Source: Mobula hypostoma
Lineage: Eukaryota
Direction of reading: 5' to 3'
Assembly (NCBI RefSeq): GCF_963921235.1
Contig: NC_086097.1
Coordinates: 191,458,001 to 191,522,000 of the forward strand
DNA: 64,000 nucleotides
Below, in pieces: positions 63,290-64,000 of this stretch (positions are counted from its first letter, which is position 1; every line of letters starts with the position of its first letter). Under the pieces are notes generated by a model that saw only the letters and a program-made list of their open reading frames with translations, did not search any database and was not told the DNA's origin. The translations under genes and the position numbers were made by a program.

Positions 63290-63830
63290 AGCAGATGGAA
63301 TTTAATGCCAACAGGTGCAAGTTGTTGCACTTCAGTCAGACCAACCAGGGTTGGTCTTACACAGTGAACAGTAGGGCACTGAGAAGTGTGGTAGAAAAAA
63401 TGGATCTGGGAATACAGGTCCATAATTCATTGAAAGTAGTGCCACAGGTAAAGAGGGTCATAAAGAAAGTTTTTGGCATATTGCAATTCAAAGGGAAGTT
63501 CATGCGTTACTAAGACAAAAGTGCTGGAGATGGAGTTCAATTTCCACTACAACTGGAGGTCATAGGTTAAGGGTGAAAGGCGAAATGTTTAAGGGGAACA
63601 TGAGGGAAAACTTGTCCACTCAGAGGGTTGTGAGAGTGTGGAATGAGCCAACAATATATATGGTGCATGAAAGCTTGATTTCAATGTTTAAGAGAAGATT
63701 GGATAGGTACATGGATGGGAGAGGTGTGGACCGGATGCAGGTCAAAGAGAGTAGGCAATTTAAGTGGTTTGGTATGGACTAGATGGGCAGAAGGGTCTGT
63801 TTATGTGCTGTATCTTTCTATGACTCCATG
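63290..63830 (+). mobile_element. Degenerate CR1 3' fragments
   Basis: QMEFNANRCKLLHF, DLGIQVHNSLKV, TQRVVRVWNE. Confidence 0.85.
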
Positions 63831-64000
63831 ATGGACTGGACAGTATCAACCACATTCCTATGACTTTTCCATTCCTGAGCATTGGTATGTCCATACCAAG
63901 CCATAATGCAATCAATGGGGATACTTTTCACTGTATATCTGTAGGAGATTGTCAACATTTTGGTGGCATGCTGAATCGACACAAACTTCTAAGAAAGTAG
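63825..64000 (-). mobile_element. Rex/Babar-type LINE fragment, runs off the window edge
   Basis: cattggtatgtccataccaagccataatgca.. is homologous to 53185-53300 and 54960-55070. Confidence 0.65.

Overview
Vertebrate nuclear DNA, AT-rich and repeat-dense. The repeat complement (CR1 with esterase-type ORF1, Penelope-like elements, Rex/Babar-type LINEs, HE1/V-type SINEs, Deu-domain SINEs) suggests a cartilaginous fish, probably a ray; this is inference, not a database match. I cannot support any host protein-coding exon, so the window looks like a large intron or intergenic region. Almost all long ORFs are transposon-derived: CR1 RT (16.5-18.0 kb, an uninterrupted 3' half; 46.6-49.8 kb, degenerate), Penelope RT and GIY-YIG fragments, Rex/Babar RT fragments, an L1 ORF2 C-terminus, a Gypsy integrase with LTR, and a Tc1 remnant. 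Most notable: (1) the Penelope pseudo-LTRs carry a minimal type-I hammerhead ribozyme motif (best copy 62876-62911), and several very short TSD-flanked insertions begin at or inside that motif, one forming an 88-bp-arm hairpin; (2) a composite hAT-in-hAT non-autonomous element present twice with different 8-bp TSDs; (3) deeply nested insertions with clear TSDs; (4) an interstitial TTAGGG/minisatellite block; (5) a ~600-bp palindromic mariner-type MITE. Boundaries of degenerate repeats are approximate. TSD-defined boundaries were read base by base.
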